Assembly: GCF_009914755.1 (NCBI RefSeq)
Contig: NC_060941.1
Source of the DNA: the human T2T-CHM13v2.0 reference genome, Homo sapiens
DNA: 64,000 nt
Strand: one strand, 5' to 3'
The position numbers and the translations under genes are program-made. Below are positions 1 through 13,640 of the stretch, piece by piece. Position 1 is the stretch's first letter, and each line of letters begins with the position of its first letter. The notes under the pieces were generated by a model. The model did not search any database and was not told where the DNA came from. It saw only the letters and a program-made list of their open reading frames with translations.

Positions 1-3000
1 TGAGGAAAAGAAAATATCTTCACATAAAAACTACATGGAAGCATTTTGAGAAACTTCTTTGTTAGGTATGCATTCAACTCACAGAGTTGAACCTATCTTT
101 TGATTGAGCAGCTTAGAATCTCTCTTTTTGTAGAATCTGCAAGTGGATATTTAGATCCCTCTGTGCCCTATGGTGGAAAAGGAAACATCTTCAAATAAAA
201 ACTGCACAGAAGCATTCTCAGAAACTTCTTCGTGATGTGTGCATTCAACTCACAGAGTTGAACATATCTTTTTATTGAGCAGCTTTGAATCTCTCTTTTT
301 GTAGAATCTGCAAATGGATATTGGGAGCACTCTGAGGCCTACTGTGGAATATCAAGCATGTTCACATAAAAACTACACAGAATCATTCTGAGAAACTTCT
401 TTGTGATGTGTGCATTCAACTCACAGACTTGAACCTATCTTTTGATTGAGCAGTTTAGAATCTCTCTTTTTGTTGAATCTGCAAGTGGATGTTGGGAGCC
501 CTTTGCGCCCTAGGGTGGAAAAGGAAATATCTTCAAATAAAAACTACACAGAAGCATTCTCAGAAACTTCTTCGTGATGTGTGCATTCAACTCACAGAGT
601 TGAACCTATCTTTTGATTGAGCAGTTTTGAATCTCTATTTTGCAGAATCTGCAAGTGAATGTTTGGAGAGCTTTGAGGCCTATTGTGGAAGAGCAAAAAT
701 CTTCACCTTAAAACTTCACAGAAGCATTCTGAGAAGCTTCATTGTGAGCTGGGCCTTCAACTCACAGAGTTGAACTTATCTTCTCATTGAGCAGTTTTGA
801 AACTCTCTTTTTGTAGAATCTTCAAGTGGATATTTGGAGCCCTTTGCGCCCCATGGTGGAATAGGAAATATCTTCAAATAAAAACTGCACAGAAGCATCC
901 TCAGAAACTTTTTTGAGAGGTGTGCCTTCAACTCACAGAGTCGAACTTATCTTCTCATTGAGCAGTTTTGAATCTCTTTTTTTGTAGAATCCACAAGAGG
1001 ATATTTGGAGCCCTTTGCACACTATGGTGGAAAAGGAAATATCTTCAAATAAAGACTATACAGAAGCTTTCAGAGGAACTTATTTGTGATGTATGCATTC
1101 AACTCACAGAGTTGAACTTTTCCTTTGATTGAGCAGTTTTGGATCTCTCTTTTTGTAGAATCTGCAAGTGGATATTTGGAACATTGTGAGGCCTACTCTT
1201 AAAATCAAATATTTTCACATAAAATCTACACAGAAGCATTCTGAGAAACTCCTCTGTGATGTGTAAATTCAACTCACAGAGTTGAACCTATCTTTTCATT
1301 GAGCAGTGTAGAATCTCTCTTTTTGCAGAATCTGCCAGTGGATATTTGGAGCCCTTTGAGGACTACCGTGGAAGAGCAAGTATCTTCACATAAAAACTAC
1401 ACAGAAGCATTCTGAGAAACTTCTTTGGGATGTGTGCATTCAACTCACAGAGCTGAAATTATCTTTTGATTGAGCAGTTTGGAATCTCTCTTTTTGCAGA
1501 ATCTGCAAGTGGATATTTGGAGCCCCTTGTGGCCTATTGTGGAAAAGGAAATATCTTCAAATAAAAACTACATAGAAACATTCTGAAAAACTTATTTGTG
1601 ATGTGTGCATTCATCTCACAGGGTAGAACCTATCTTATGATTGAGCAGTTTTGAAACACTCTTTTTCTAGAATCTGCAAGTGGATATTTGGAGCGCCTTG
1701 AGGCATACCGTGGAAAAGCATATTTCTTCAGGTAAAAACTACACAGAAGAATTCTGAGAAACTTCTTTGTGCAGTGTGCATTCATCTCACAGAGTTGAAC
1801 CTCTCTTTTGATTGAGCAGTCTTGAAACACTCTTTTTGTAGAATCTGCAAGTGGATATTTGGAGCCCTTTGAGTCCTACGGTGGAAAAGGAAATATCTTC
1901 ACATTAAAAACTACTCGGAAGCATTCTGAGAAACTTCTTTGTGATGTATGCATTCAACTCACAGAGTTGAACCTATCTTTTGATTGAGCAGTTTTGAATC
2001 TCTCTTTTTGCAGAATGTGCAGGTGCACATTTGGAGCCCTTTGCAGCCTGTGGTGGAAAAGGAAATATCTTCAAATATAAACTACACAGAAACATTCTGA
2101 GAAACTCCTTTGTGATGTGTGCATTCATCTCACAGGGTTGAACTTATCTTATGATTGCACAGTTTTGCAACACTCTTTTTTTAGAATCTGCAAGTGGATA
2201 TTTGGAGCGCTTTGAGGAACACCATGGAAAAGCAAATATATTCAGATAAAAACTACAGAGAAGCATTCTGAGAAACTTCTTTATGATGTGTGCATTCATC
2301 ACACAGTGTTGAACCTTTCTTTTGATTGATTAGTTTTGAAACACTCTTTGTAGAATCTGCAAGTGGATATTTGGAGCCCTTTGAGGCCTATTGTGGAAAA
2401 GGAAATATCTTCACATAAAAACTACTCAGAAGCATTCTGAGAAACTTCTTTGGAGGTGTGCATTCAACCCAAAAAGTTGAACTTATCTTCTCATTGAGCA
2501 GTTTTGAATCTCTCTTTTTGCAGAAGCTGCAGGTGGATAATTGGAGCCCTTTGGTGCCTACTGTGGAAAAGCAAATATCTTCACATAATAACTATACAGA
2601 AGTATTCTGAGAAACTTCTTTGTGATGTGCATTCAACTCACAGAGTTGAACCTATCTTTTGATCGAGCAGTTTCGAATCTCTCTTTTTGCAGAATCTGCA
2701 AGTGGGTGTTTGGAGAGCTTTGTTGCCTATTGTGGAAAAGGAAATATCTTCACATAAAAACTACACAGAAGCATTCTGAGAAACTTCTTTGTTAAGTGTG
2801 CATTCAACTCACAGAGTTGAACTTGTCTTCTCATTGAGCAGTTTTGAGTCTCTCTTTTTGTAGAATCTGCAAGTGGACATTTGGAGCCCTTTGCGCCCTA
2901 TGGTGGAAAAGGAAATATCTTCAAATAAAAACTACACAGAAGCATTCAGAGAAACTTCTTTGTGATGTATGCATTCAACTCACGGAGCTGAACCTATCTT

Positions 3001-4602
3001 TTGATTGAGCGGTTCTGAATCTCTCTTTCTGCAGAATCTGCAGGTGGATATCAGGAGCCCTTTGAGGCCTACTGTGGAAAAGCAAATATCTTCACATAAA
3101 AACTACACAGAAGCATTCTGAGAAACTTCTCTGGGATGTGTGCATTCAAGTCAGAGAGTTGAACCTATCTTTTGATTGAGCAGTTTTGAATCTCTCTTTT
3201 TGCAGAATCTGCAAGTGGATATTTGGAGCCCTTTGTGGCCTATGGTGGAAAAGGAAATATCTTCAATTAAAAACTACACAGAAACATTCTGAGAAACTTC
3301 TTTGTGATGTGTGCATCCATCTCACACGGTTGAACCTATCTTATGATTGCGCAGTTTTGCAGCACTCTTTTTGTAGGATCTGCAAGTGTATATTTGGAGC
3401 TCTTTGAGGCCTACCGTGGAAAAGGAAATATCGCCAGACACAAACTACACAGAAGCATTCTGAGAAACTTCTTTGTGATGTGTGCATTCGTCTCACAAAG
3501 TAGAACTTTTCTTTTCATTGAGCAGTTTTGAAGCCCTCTTTTTGTAGAATCTGCATGTGGATATTTGGAGCCCTTTGAGGTCTATTTTGGAAAAGGAAAT
3601 ATCTTCACATAAAAACTACTCAGAAGCATTCTGAGAAATGCCTTTGTGATGTGTGCATCCATCTCACAGAGTTGAACTTTTCTTTTGATTGAGCAGTCTT
3701 GAAACAATCTTTTTGTAGAATTTGCAAGTGGATATTTAGAGAACTTTGCATCCTGTAGTGGAAAACAAAATATCTTGAAAGAAAAACTATACAGAAGGAT
3801 TATCAGAAACTTCTTCATGATGTGTGCATTCAACTCACAGAATTGAACCTATCTTTGATTGAGCAGTTTGGAATCTCTATTTTTGTAGAATCTGCAAGTG
3901 GATATTTGGAGCACTGTGAGGCCTACTGTGCAAAATCAAATATGTTCACATAAAAACTACACAGAAGCATTCTGAGAAACTCCTTTGTGATGTGTGCATT
4001 CAACTGATAGAGTTGAACCTATCTTTTGATTGAGCAGTTTTGAATCTCTCTTTTTGTAGAATCAGCAAGTGGATGTTTGGAGGGCTTTGAGACCTATTGT
4101 GGAAAAGGAAATATCTTCACATAAAAACTACACAGAAGCATTCTGAGAAACTTCTTTGTGAGGTGTGCATTCAATTCACAGAGTTGAACTTTTCTTCTCA
4201 TTGAGCAGGTTTGAATCTCTCTTTTGGTAGAATTTGCAAGTGGATATTTGGGGCCTTTTGCGGCCTATGGTGGAAAAGGAAATATCTTCAAATAAAAACT
4301 ACACTGAATAATACAGAGAAACTTCTTTGTGATGTATGCATTCAACTCTCAGAGTTGCATCTTTCTTTTGATTGAGTAGTTTTGAATCTCTCTTTTTGCA
4401 GAATCTGCAAGTGTATATTTGGAGCGCTTTCAGGCCTGTAGAAAAGCAAATGTCTTCAGATAACAATTACACAGAAGCATTCTGAGAAAATTCTTTGTGA
4501 TGTGTGCATTCATCTCACAGAGTTGAAACATTCTTTTGATTGAGCAGTTTTGAAACTCTCTTTTTGTAGAATCTGCAAGTGGACATTTGGAGCGATTTCA
4601 GG
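1..4602 (+). repeat. Alpha satellite, monomeric/divergent (about 27 x ~171 bp), A-type monomers with no CENP-B box
   Basis: Tandem ~171-bp units with alphoid motifs (CATTCTGAGAAACTTCTTTGTGATGTGTGCATTCAACTCACAGAGTTGAAC...GAATCTGCAAGTGGATATTTGGAG). The box position reads like CCTATGGTGGAAAAGGAAA, not TTCGnnnnAnnCGGG. Monomers differ substantially from each other. Confidence 0.97.
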
Positions 4603-7201
4603 AGTTCCTGGCATAGAGATTGTCACAAAGATATGTTTTCAATAGTGGTGCTATCCCTAGGGCAGAGAAGATCCAGAGAAAGCCCAAGTGGCTGCTGGAA
4701 CAAAGTCAGACACCGTGCCACCTGTCCACACTCCTTGGCTCTGCCATCATGCTGAAGATTGGTTTAAAGGGCTGGCTTCCCTCCCCGCAAAATTAAAAGA
4801 GCACAGACTGAGAAACTGAATGTGGGAGACAGCAGTGGATTATGCTGTTCTCAGGGGTCACCTCACGTTTGGAAGCATTCTTTCAAATTAACCCATCTCA
4901 GGCCATCTGCAGAGAAGAAAGGTTGTACCTAACTTTTTTTCTTGTCAGCACTTGGTAGGGGTGTTTTATTGACCAAATGTGTTCCCACAACCTGGTTTTT
5001 TGTAACTAACTAAATATAGTAGATTTTTAAATTTTATCATCAAAATCTATAGACTTTTTTAATTAAAATAGGCTCCACATCTATGTCCTGCTTTTCTACT
5101 TATTAATTACATTGCTGTATAAAAGAACAAGACTTCAGAATCAAGAATATCTTGTCTCTTGGCATTGAATTTATACAAGGTGCTCTTTCTTCAATGCTGT
5201 CTCAAAGGACATATTTTTACTCATTAAAAAGGAAGATCGGAATCTAGTTGTATGCACTGCTCCAACATACTAATAATTAAAATTAGGAGGTAAATGTGGT
5301 CAAAGCTATAGAAAGACTTGAGATGTCATTTATATTGATTACTGTATAGCACTCTACAAACAGAAATTGGGAAATAATAGTTTATATAAATATTTTGTAG
5401 CATTTCAAATATTTGAGTGCCTGAAGTTTCACCTCTTATATAGTTCAGATTATCAATTTGAAGACTTACTCCGCTGGTTAAAATGTTTTTAGTTTCGTTT
5501 GAGTATTATATAAAAGCAATTTTCAGTTAAATGTGTTCCGCTTACATAAAACATTAGAAATTAGTGAGTATTTAATTACATTTTCGTGTTCCTGTAATGC
5601 CTTTAGAAGATTTTCATATTATTACCTATCAATATATGTATGCTTTGTCTAAGAAAAATAAATCATATACATCATTGAAATTGAAACTTTTTAAAAGTAC
5701 TTATTAATTCTATTGAAAAACCACATCCATAGGAGCAATTACAATATAATATTGTGAACATGTAAATATATATCCTATGTCTATTTTATATATAAGCATA
5801 TGTGATTAAAAATATAGTTAAGAATTTTTAAACCTAGTATTATAAAGTAAAAATTAGTTAAACTTCTGATGATTATTTGTTAATTAAGATAAAATTATTT
5901 TGATTTGGGTGGTTTTAAATGAACAAAAATATTAAATTACATGACAAAAATTCTTTATAAAATGTTTACGATTTTTACATTAGTTTTATCACTTTATTCC
6001 ACTATTTTATTTTAAGATGACCTGCCTTGTTTAAAACACTGTATTCATCTTAATTAAATTAAATTCCATTTGTAAAAAAATTAACAAATGATTTGCTCTA
6101 TTATACAGTGCGGTTATAAACTGAGTCAGTATCTCAAGATTTGATCCCCATTATCGTCATCCATGGCCCTATTTGTTTGATAAATGTAGTGTCTTTTTCC
6201 ATGCCTGTCACATCTCTATTGCTCATTTATTTTTCTCCTTGTCCCTTATAGGGAGCATTGCCTATCTCTAGATTAAGCAAAAGTTGCATCTTAAAAAAGC
6301 ACAATAACCTGCTCAATCTTTCTAACACAGAGAAATGTTTGTTAAGTAATTAAATTGTAGATGATGATACAAAGAGCTTGATTAAATAAGATGCCAAAGT
6401 ACCCTTGTGATTCAGAATATGAATGGTATTTAATGCCTTTGAAATCAATAATTGCTGAGTGACATTAATTAATGCCAATATTTCAGAAGTTGTTCTGGTT
6501 AGTGAAATGTGTACAACATGTAAAAATTTCCGAACTCTGAAGGGCAACATTATTCTATAATTAAGAATTAAGAATTAATTCACATTAATTATTGGGGAGA
6601 AATAATTTTAAGAATTAATGACTGAGAAAACATTTTTATTTTTTATTTAGAAAATTATTTTGTGCATGAGCATTACTGCAAGTTTTGCAAGAAACATAAA
6701 TTTATAGAAACAATTATGTGCACAAGATGAATTTAATAACATCTTGATATTTTCCACTAATACAGTTGTATTTGGTAAATCTTTAAATGCCCGTCATCTA
6801 AAGATCATAAATGAATCTTGGAAACCTTGTAGGTAAGGGTAAATATAAGGATGCATCCAATTACATTTACACACACATACAATTACATTTACACAAACAT
6901 ACATGCACACACGCTCACTGATACAGGTATGCATATATATACATGAATTTACCAACTGATTTTAACTAATATTTATAAGAGCCTGTAGGATTGATATATA
7001 TTGTTGAACCTGAAAAATATTTATTATATACATGTTTAAAATACACAAAGAAATAAATAGTAATAGCACTAGGCATTTGAAACTGTACTTAAATATAAGC
7101 TGTGATCATTACAAATTCTTACACTGAATAAATATTTTTATTTTTATACTAATATGTTTGATACATGTGTACATTTTCTAAAATGTATTATTTTTGTCAT
7201 A

Positions 7202-7544
7202 GAGTCATGTCATGTATAATAATATTTCAGTCAAAGATGGATTACATATACAAAAGTGGTCCCATGAGATTATAATATATATTTTTACATACTTTTCTAT
7301 GTTTAAGTATGTTTACATACATAAACTCTTACCACTGTGTTCTTATTGCCTGCAGTATTCAGTATAGTAATGTAGAACACAGGTTTGTAGCCTAGGAGAG
7401 AGAGGTTATACCATATAACCTAAACGTCGTAGGCTGTACAAACTAGGTGTTTGTAATATTCTCTCTGACGTTTGCAAAATGATGAAATTGCCTATGGATG
7501 CATCTGTTAGAACGTATCCCTGTCATTCAGTGATGGGTGACTGT
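7202..7544 (+). mobile_element. Tigger3a (MER7A) non-autonomous DNA transposon
   Basis: Matches the recalled Tigger3a consensus end to end (GTCATG...GTGGTCCCATGAGATTATAAT...CAGGTTTGTAGCCTAGGAG...AGAACGTATCCC...TGACTG), with terminal inverted repeats. Confidence 0.85.
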
Positions 7545-8079
7545 GCTAAAATGCTAAACCTAAGTTTCAATGACCTCCATAAAATTGTTGTACTGTGAAA
7601 TACAAATCTCTCACCTACGGCCGCAATATGTTTGCAAACTAAGCAGATCATGGGAAGGAGAATGTGCTGGCATCGCTGGGATGATTTTCTCACACTATAT
7701 GAATAATATCTCCAGACTTTGCGAATATGAGCCACTTGCATAGAGTTAAAGTAAGCATCTCTTTGCTGGGAAATTTATCAAATGGGAGTATGAAGTGTTT
7801 TTAAAAGATACTTGCTTGTTTGTAGACGGTAGGCCTACAGTGGCTCATGGCAATGGTTGAGGTTGCTAAGATTTGGAGGAAGGAGGCAAAATGAAATGGC
7901 CACTTATATGGTATATGGATCACTTGTTTCTGTTGAGTTACAGATTCAGCTGGCTATTTCTCCCAATGTTAGTTATTTGGAGAAAAAAACATGATGGTAA
8001 TTTTTGGGTAACAAATACAATATTTGATGAAAGCAAATTTATTGAGGGTTAGACAAACTACATGATAATTTAGGCTGCA

Positions 8080-8400
8080 ATGTCAACACGAGACTTCTGG
8101 CCCAAATTGTGCAGAGTTTGGGTCCAGCTGCAAAGTTCAAAGGAAGAGGCCATGTAAGATGATTCGCACTTTTGTCACCAACTGCCAGTTCAGAACTGAC
8201 TCACAGAACTCATTGAATGCCATTGTACTCATGGTTTATAATAGAGAAAGGGTAGAAATTAGGACCAATCAAAGGAAGAGACATATCACGTAAGGTGGAA
8301 TCTAGGAGGACTTTGAATGTTGTTTCTATTGTCTTCAGGACATATTACCTGTCATTGTTGTACAGCAATAAACATGGAGTACTACCAACCTGGGGAGCTC
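8080..8400. mobile_element. Degenerate LTR fragment, MER21-like
   Basis: Motif ACTCACAGAACTCA...GTACTCATGGTTTAT...AGAAAGGGTAGAAATT...AAGGAAGAGACATAT resembles MER21-group LTRs; boundaries approximate. Confidence 0.45.
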
Positions 8401-8429
8401 ACCTGATGCTAAAAAGACACTATTTCGAA

Positions 8430-10968
8430 AATGAAAAGACAAAGGAAAGGATGAGATAAGATGACCTTCCACATTAAGGCACTGGAAAGAATAGCAAATT
8501 AACCTAAAGCAAGCAGAAGGAAGAAAATAAAAATTAGAGAAATTAATAATTTATAATATTAATCATATTTGTTAGTATTGACTAATTGATATTAATTCTT
8601 GACTGACTTTTTTTAAAAAGAGAAATATTCACTTCCCAATTTATTCTGTGGGGCCAGTGTTACCTTGATACAAAAATTAGTCCAAATAGCATAGAAAAAT
8701 AAAACTACTATAAGTATAAATGCAAAATTCCTTAAAAAATACTAACAAATCAGATCTAGCAACATATAAAAGAATTATACACTATGACAAAGTGAAATTT
8801 ATACTAGTAATCTCAGGTTGGTTTAACAGCCCAAAATCCATTAAGGTAATACATAAGAAACGAGAATTACATGATCATGTCGATAGATTCAGAAAAGACA
8901 ATTTAACAAAATCCAAATGCTTTAATGATTAAAAATAAAAATAAAACTCAATGAACCAGGAATAGAGAACTTTCTACACCAGATACATGGCACCTGTGAA
9001 AAGCCAACAGCAAGCATGCAACTTAATGGTAAAGGATGCTTTCCCGCTCTGGTCAAAGAATAGGATATACACTTTGACTTCTTCTAGTCAACACTGTACT
9101 AAAGATTTTATGCAAGGCAAATCGGCAACTAAAACAATAAGAGTCACCCATATTGAACAGGAAGAAATAAAACTTTATTTGAAAATAACATTCTTATATA
9201 TAGAAAATTTTAAGGAATCCATTGAACGATAGAACTAGTAAATTATTTCAGCAATATTATAGCATACAAGATAAATGTACAAAAATCAATTGCACACATC
9301 TACAATGAAAACCCCAAAATGAAATTAAGAAAACACTTCAATTTAAAATAGCATCAAAAAAGAAATAATAATTAATTTGGAAAATGTGATACAAGATTTT
9401 ACTCTGAAAATTAAAAATTATTCTTTAAAAATATCTAAATAATTAGCAAACATCTTACACCCATGAATTGGAAGATTTAATATTGTAGTACTTTACAATT
9501 TGAACTACAGATTTGACGTAATCCCTGCAAGTATCCCAACAGACTTCTGTCTAGAAACTGACAAGCTGATTCTAAAATACACATGGGATTGTAAGGGACT
9601 CAAAATAGCCAAAATAGTCTTGATAAAAGAAAACATATTAGGATAATTCACACCCCCGTGCTCCAAACCTTACGGCAAAGCATCAGTAATCAAGACAACA
9701 AAATACTGATGAAGGAAAAATATATAGATTGATGGAAGAGAATTGAGAGTCCATATATAAAACTATGTATCTATAGTCAATGGATTCTTAAAGTGGTGCC
9801 ATGTGCAATTCAATGAGGAAGAGACAGTCTTTGAACAAACTGGGTCAACAACGTACACGTGGATCGCCACTTGCAAAATAGTAAATTGGAACCCTTACCC
9901 CAAAGCATACAAAAATATTAACTCAAACGAATTAAAGACATACATGCAAGAGCTAGAATAAAGTATATGGGAAAATCTTCAGGATTTTGGATCTAGCAAA
10001 GAAATAGCTGTAACACCAAAAACATGAGCAACAAAATAAAAATTAGATATTTAAAATTTCTTAAAAATTAAAGACATTGGTGATTCAAAGGACAACCAAC
10101 CATGTCAAAAGGCAGCTCAAAAATTGTGAGAAAATATTTGAAAAACACATATCTATATATCTGCATATATATGTATCTTGAATATAGAAAAATTGTTTTA
10201 ACTCATTAACAAAAATCCCAACTCAAAACTGATAAATGATAGGAATAGATGTGTATCCCAAGAAGATGCACGAACGGTCAATAATCCCATAAAAAGATAC
10301 TCAACAGCATCACTCATCAGGCAACTACAAATCAAAACCACAGTTAGATACTCTATGGCTAGAACTGGCCACTTTGGAAAATAAGTTGATGGCTTCTAAA
10401 TATATTAAACATAGAATTGTCATATGACCCAGAAATTTATTCCCAGGTATACCACCAGAGTATTGGAAAGAGATGTTCAAACACAAATTGTACACAAGTA
10501 TTTTAACAGCAGTATTTAAAATAGCCAAAGGCTGAACACAACTCAAATGTCAATAAAAATATTATTGGATAAACAAAATGTTATATCCATGAAATTGAAT
10601 GTTATACAGTTATAAAAAGAAATAAAGTACCAATACGCATATGAACCTTGATAGCATTATGCCAACTGAAAGAAGCCAGGCACAAAAGGCCACCTATTGT
10701 ATGATTCTATTTAGATGAAAATATAATAGGAAAATCTACAGAGACAGAAAACAGATTTGTGGTTGCTTAGGATTGAGTAGGGGATGAGTGCATAGGAGGT
10801 TAACAGCTAGAGAAGGTGGGGTTTCTTTTTGAAGTGATGAAAATGCTCTAATATTCATTGTGATGATGGCTCCACTTATCTGTGTATATACTAAAAGCCA
10901 TTGACTTGTAGACATTAATATGTGCACTCTACAGTATGTAAATTATATCTCAATAAATCCTTTCAAAA
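8430..10968 (+). mobile_element. Ancient LINE-1 (L1M, L1MB/L1ME-type) ORF2 3' part and 3' end, degraded
   Basis: ORF 8720-8932 contains HYDKVKFILVISGWFNSPKSIKVIH, equivalent to L1 [27 protein letters not shown]. The region ends in an L1MB/ME-style 3' UTR (GAAAGAAGCCAGGCACAAAAGGCCAC...TATATCTCAATAAA). Confidence 0.8.
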
Positions 10969-11004
10969 ATACACAGAAGACTAAGGGATTTTGGACTGTT
11001 GCAG

Positions 11005-11318
11005 CTGGGAGGCAGTTTGAAATACTGAATCGGTCTCATCGAGAATGTGAGGTTTCAGTAAAGACTTGAGGAAGTTGAATGAGCTGATCAATGGATATAT
11101 GGAGGGTTATCTTTCCAAGCCAAGAAATTAACTAGAGTCTTGGTCATAAGACAGCAGCATGTTTGCATGTCCAGAGGACAGTGAGGTGGTCAGGACCACT
11201 GGTAAGATCAAGGGTGAAGACATAAAAGAATTTTGGCGGTTAACATGTGGCAGATCATGATGGGCTTGCAGACCATTGTACGAATTGTGTCTTTTAGTGT
11301 AAATGAAATGGGGAGACA
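11005..11318 (-). mobile_element. L2 LINE remnant
   Basis: Degenerate reverse-orientation L2 3'-region motifs (AAAGACTTGAGGAAG...CAGATCATG...GGGCTTGCAGACCATTGT...GAAATGGG). Confidence 0.55.
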
Positions 11319-13020
11319 AATCATTACCCCATTATCAATATTTTAATAAATTGGATCCATGAACCAAATACAATGAGATTAAATCAATTAGTAATAATAT
11401 GCAAATTTGTATTAAAATTACAAGAATTCCTTGCACATTTGAGAACAGGAGAGTCATGATTGTTTATCAGCAATAATAAACTATTAATTTTAATTGTAAT
11501 CAGCTAATTGAGATTATTGCAATACATCATTCTTTATAATGTGACTGTCAAAAGGAAAATGTGATTGTAATCTTATACTACATCTATCAATGTCTTTGAT
11601 TCATAGGACTATAGAATAAGCCCCTAGTTTTCAAAGCCAACTGATGAGGCAGCGACATCTTATGCAAGTTTGCTGCTTTCTGCCACAGTGATCCTTGGTC
11701 AGCTGGCACAAATTGTTTTACAAACACCACTAGGTCTAAAAATGTTTGGATCACAATGAACACAGAAACACCTTCATCCCTTCAGAAAGACCTATCAATT
11801 ATTCCAATACAGAATGAAAAATTGACAACGGAAGTATGTTGATTGTAAAAATGCCAGATAGCTTGCATCTACATGAAAGAAAAATGCCATTTTTATTACA
11901 ATAGATCATTGTTTTACATGAGTTTTGGTATAGCACAATGTTGAACCAAGGGCAAAGAAAGATGAGTTAATGAAGTCTTAAGATATCAAGAATTTGAAAG
12001 AAAAGGAAGGTCATCTTTCAAGGTTAGTGACATAGCATTCATCTTCTGTTGTCACCTTTTCTGTCATTCCCTGTATGCCTGATGGACAGCTTTCACTCAA
12101 GTTCAGAGTACAGCATGCAAAGATTAGCTACCAACTAATTTTTATGAAGTGAGCTTAATTTCTAGCCAGACTGAGCTTATGTTTTAGCAGGAAGCATTTT
12201 TGGGAAATGTTTATATTAGAGTTTTCCCTTCTTGACAAGGTGAGACATAAATGTCTACTTTATAGACATGAATTAAGATGTGAAGATATTTGGGAGAAAC
12301 ATTTTCTCAAATGCTAAATAACAAAGGTACACAAAGGGGAAATTATACTAGATTTATTTCCCACTTGTTTTCTATGTCTCATCCAATTCACCTTGATTCT
12401 CTTCAGTTTCTGTTTAATGTAGAAAGTGGCATTTTCATTATTTTAAGCTTCTAGCACAATGAAAGAATTTCTCTTTTTCATGAACTGCATCATAAATGAA
12501 AGGGAGGAAGAGTGTCCAATACCATATTTATTGTTCAACAAAACACTGCTCCATGGCTTAAATTCAGTTTAAAAAAGATAATTTATTGAATATCTAACAC
12601 ATACATAAAAGGCAGTAAAGACAAATGAGAAGAGGGCAGGATATTGAAGTATACAGATTTTAATGCTGAGTTTTGTTTCTTAGTAAGTTACTGCACCTTA
12701 CAGAGACTCAATATCCCCTGATTTAAGAAGGCGATGCTAATGGGTATTGCATAGGTGTAAGTATAAAAATGTTGTATTTAAGAGAATCCCACAAGCTTGG
12801 TATAAGGCAGAAAATAAATAGATGTGACATTAATGAGTAGTTTGTTACATTTGTATGCTACCTGCAGACTAGAGGAAGCAAGAAACACAGCCACTATGCT
12901 TGATTAGCATTATATTCTAATTTGGGATATAAATAGAAAAGAGAAAAATAGAAAGCTATGCATAAACACATGCATTAAAATGAATTTTATGTGGACTCTT
13001 TCAGGAAAATGTTCCTAAGT

Positions 13021-13640
13021 TATTTTTTTTTTTATTGTGGTAAAATACACATAACATAAAAAGTACTCTGTTAACCATTTTAAGTGTACAGTTCAGTGGT
13101 ATTAAATAGAGTCATAACATTGTGCAGCCATCCCTACCATCCATCTCCATAACTCGTTTCATCTTGTGAAACTGAAACTCTATACCCATTAAACAGTACT
13201 TCCCCATGTCTTCCTCCCCCCAGCTTCTGGCAATCATCATTGTACTATCTAAATGATTCTGTCCACTTTAAGTCTCTTATACAAATGGAATTATACTGTA
13301 TTTGTCCTTCACTGACTAACTTATTTCACTTGGCATAATATCCTCAAGTTTCATCCAAGTTGCAACATATGTCAGAATATTTCCCTCATGTTTAAGGCTG
13401 AATAATATTCCATTGTATGTATACATCATGTTTTGCTTATCCATTCATCTGTTGTTGGACACTTCAATTGCTTCTACGTTTTAGCTACTGCAAATAATGC
13501 TGCTGCAAACATGGATGTGCAAATATTTTTTCAAGACTCTGCTTTCAATTCTTTTGCTATCTTGAGATGTGGGGCTGCCGAATCATAAGGCAATACCATT
13601 TTGATGTTTTGAGGAACTACCATACTCTTTTCCACAGCAA
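13021..13640 (-). mobile_element. L1MB-type (L1MB3-like) 3' end
   Basis: Poly-T then ATTGTGGTAAAATACACATAACATAAAA...AACCATTTTAAGTGTACAGTTCAGTGG...GAAACTCTATACCCATTAAAC, the reverse complement of an L1MB 3' UTR. Confidence 0.8.

Noticed and set aside
1630-3833. Short ORFs in alpha satellite
   Set aside because: Chance frames in satellite DNA.
1-4602. Functional centromeric HOR array
   Set aside because: No CENP-B boxes and no near-identical higher-order repeat.
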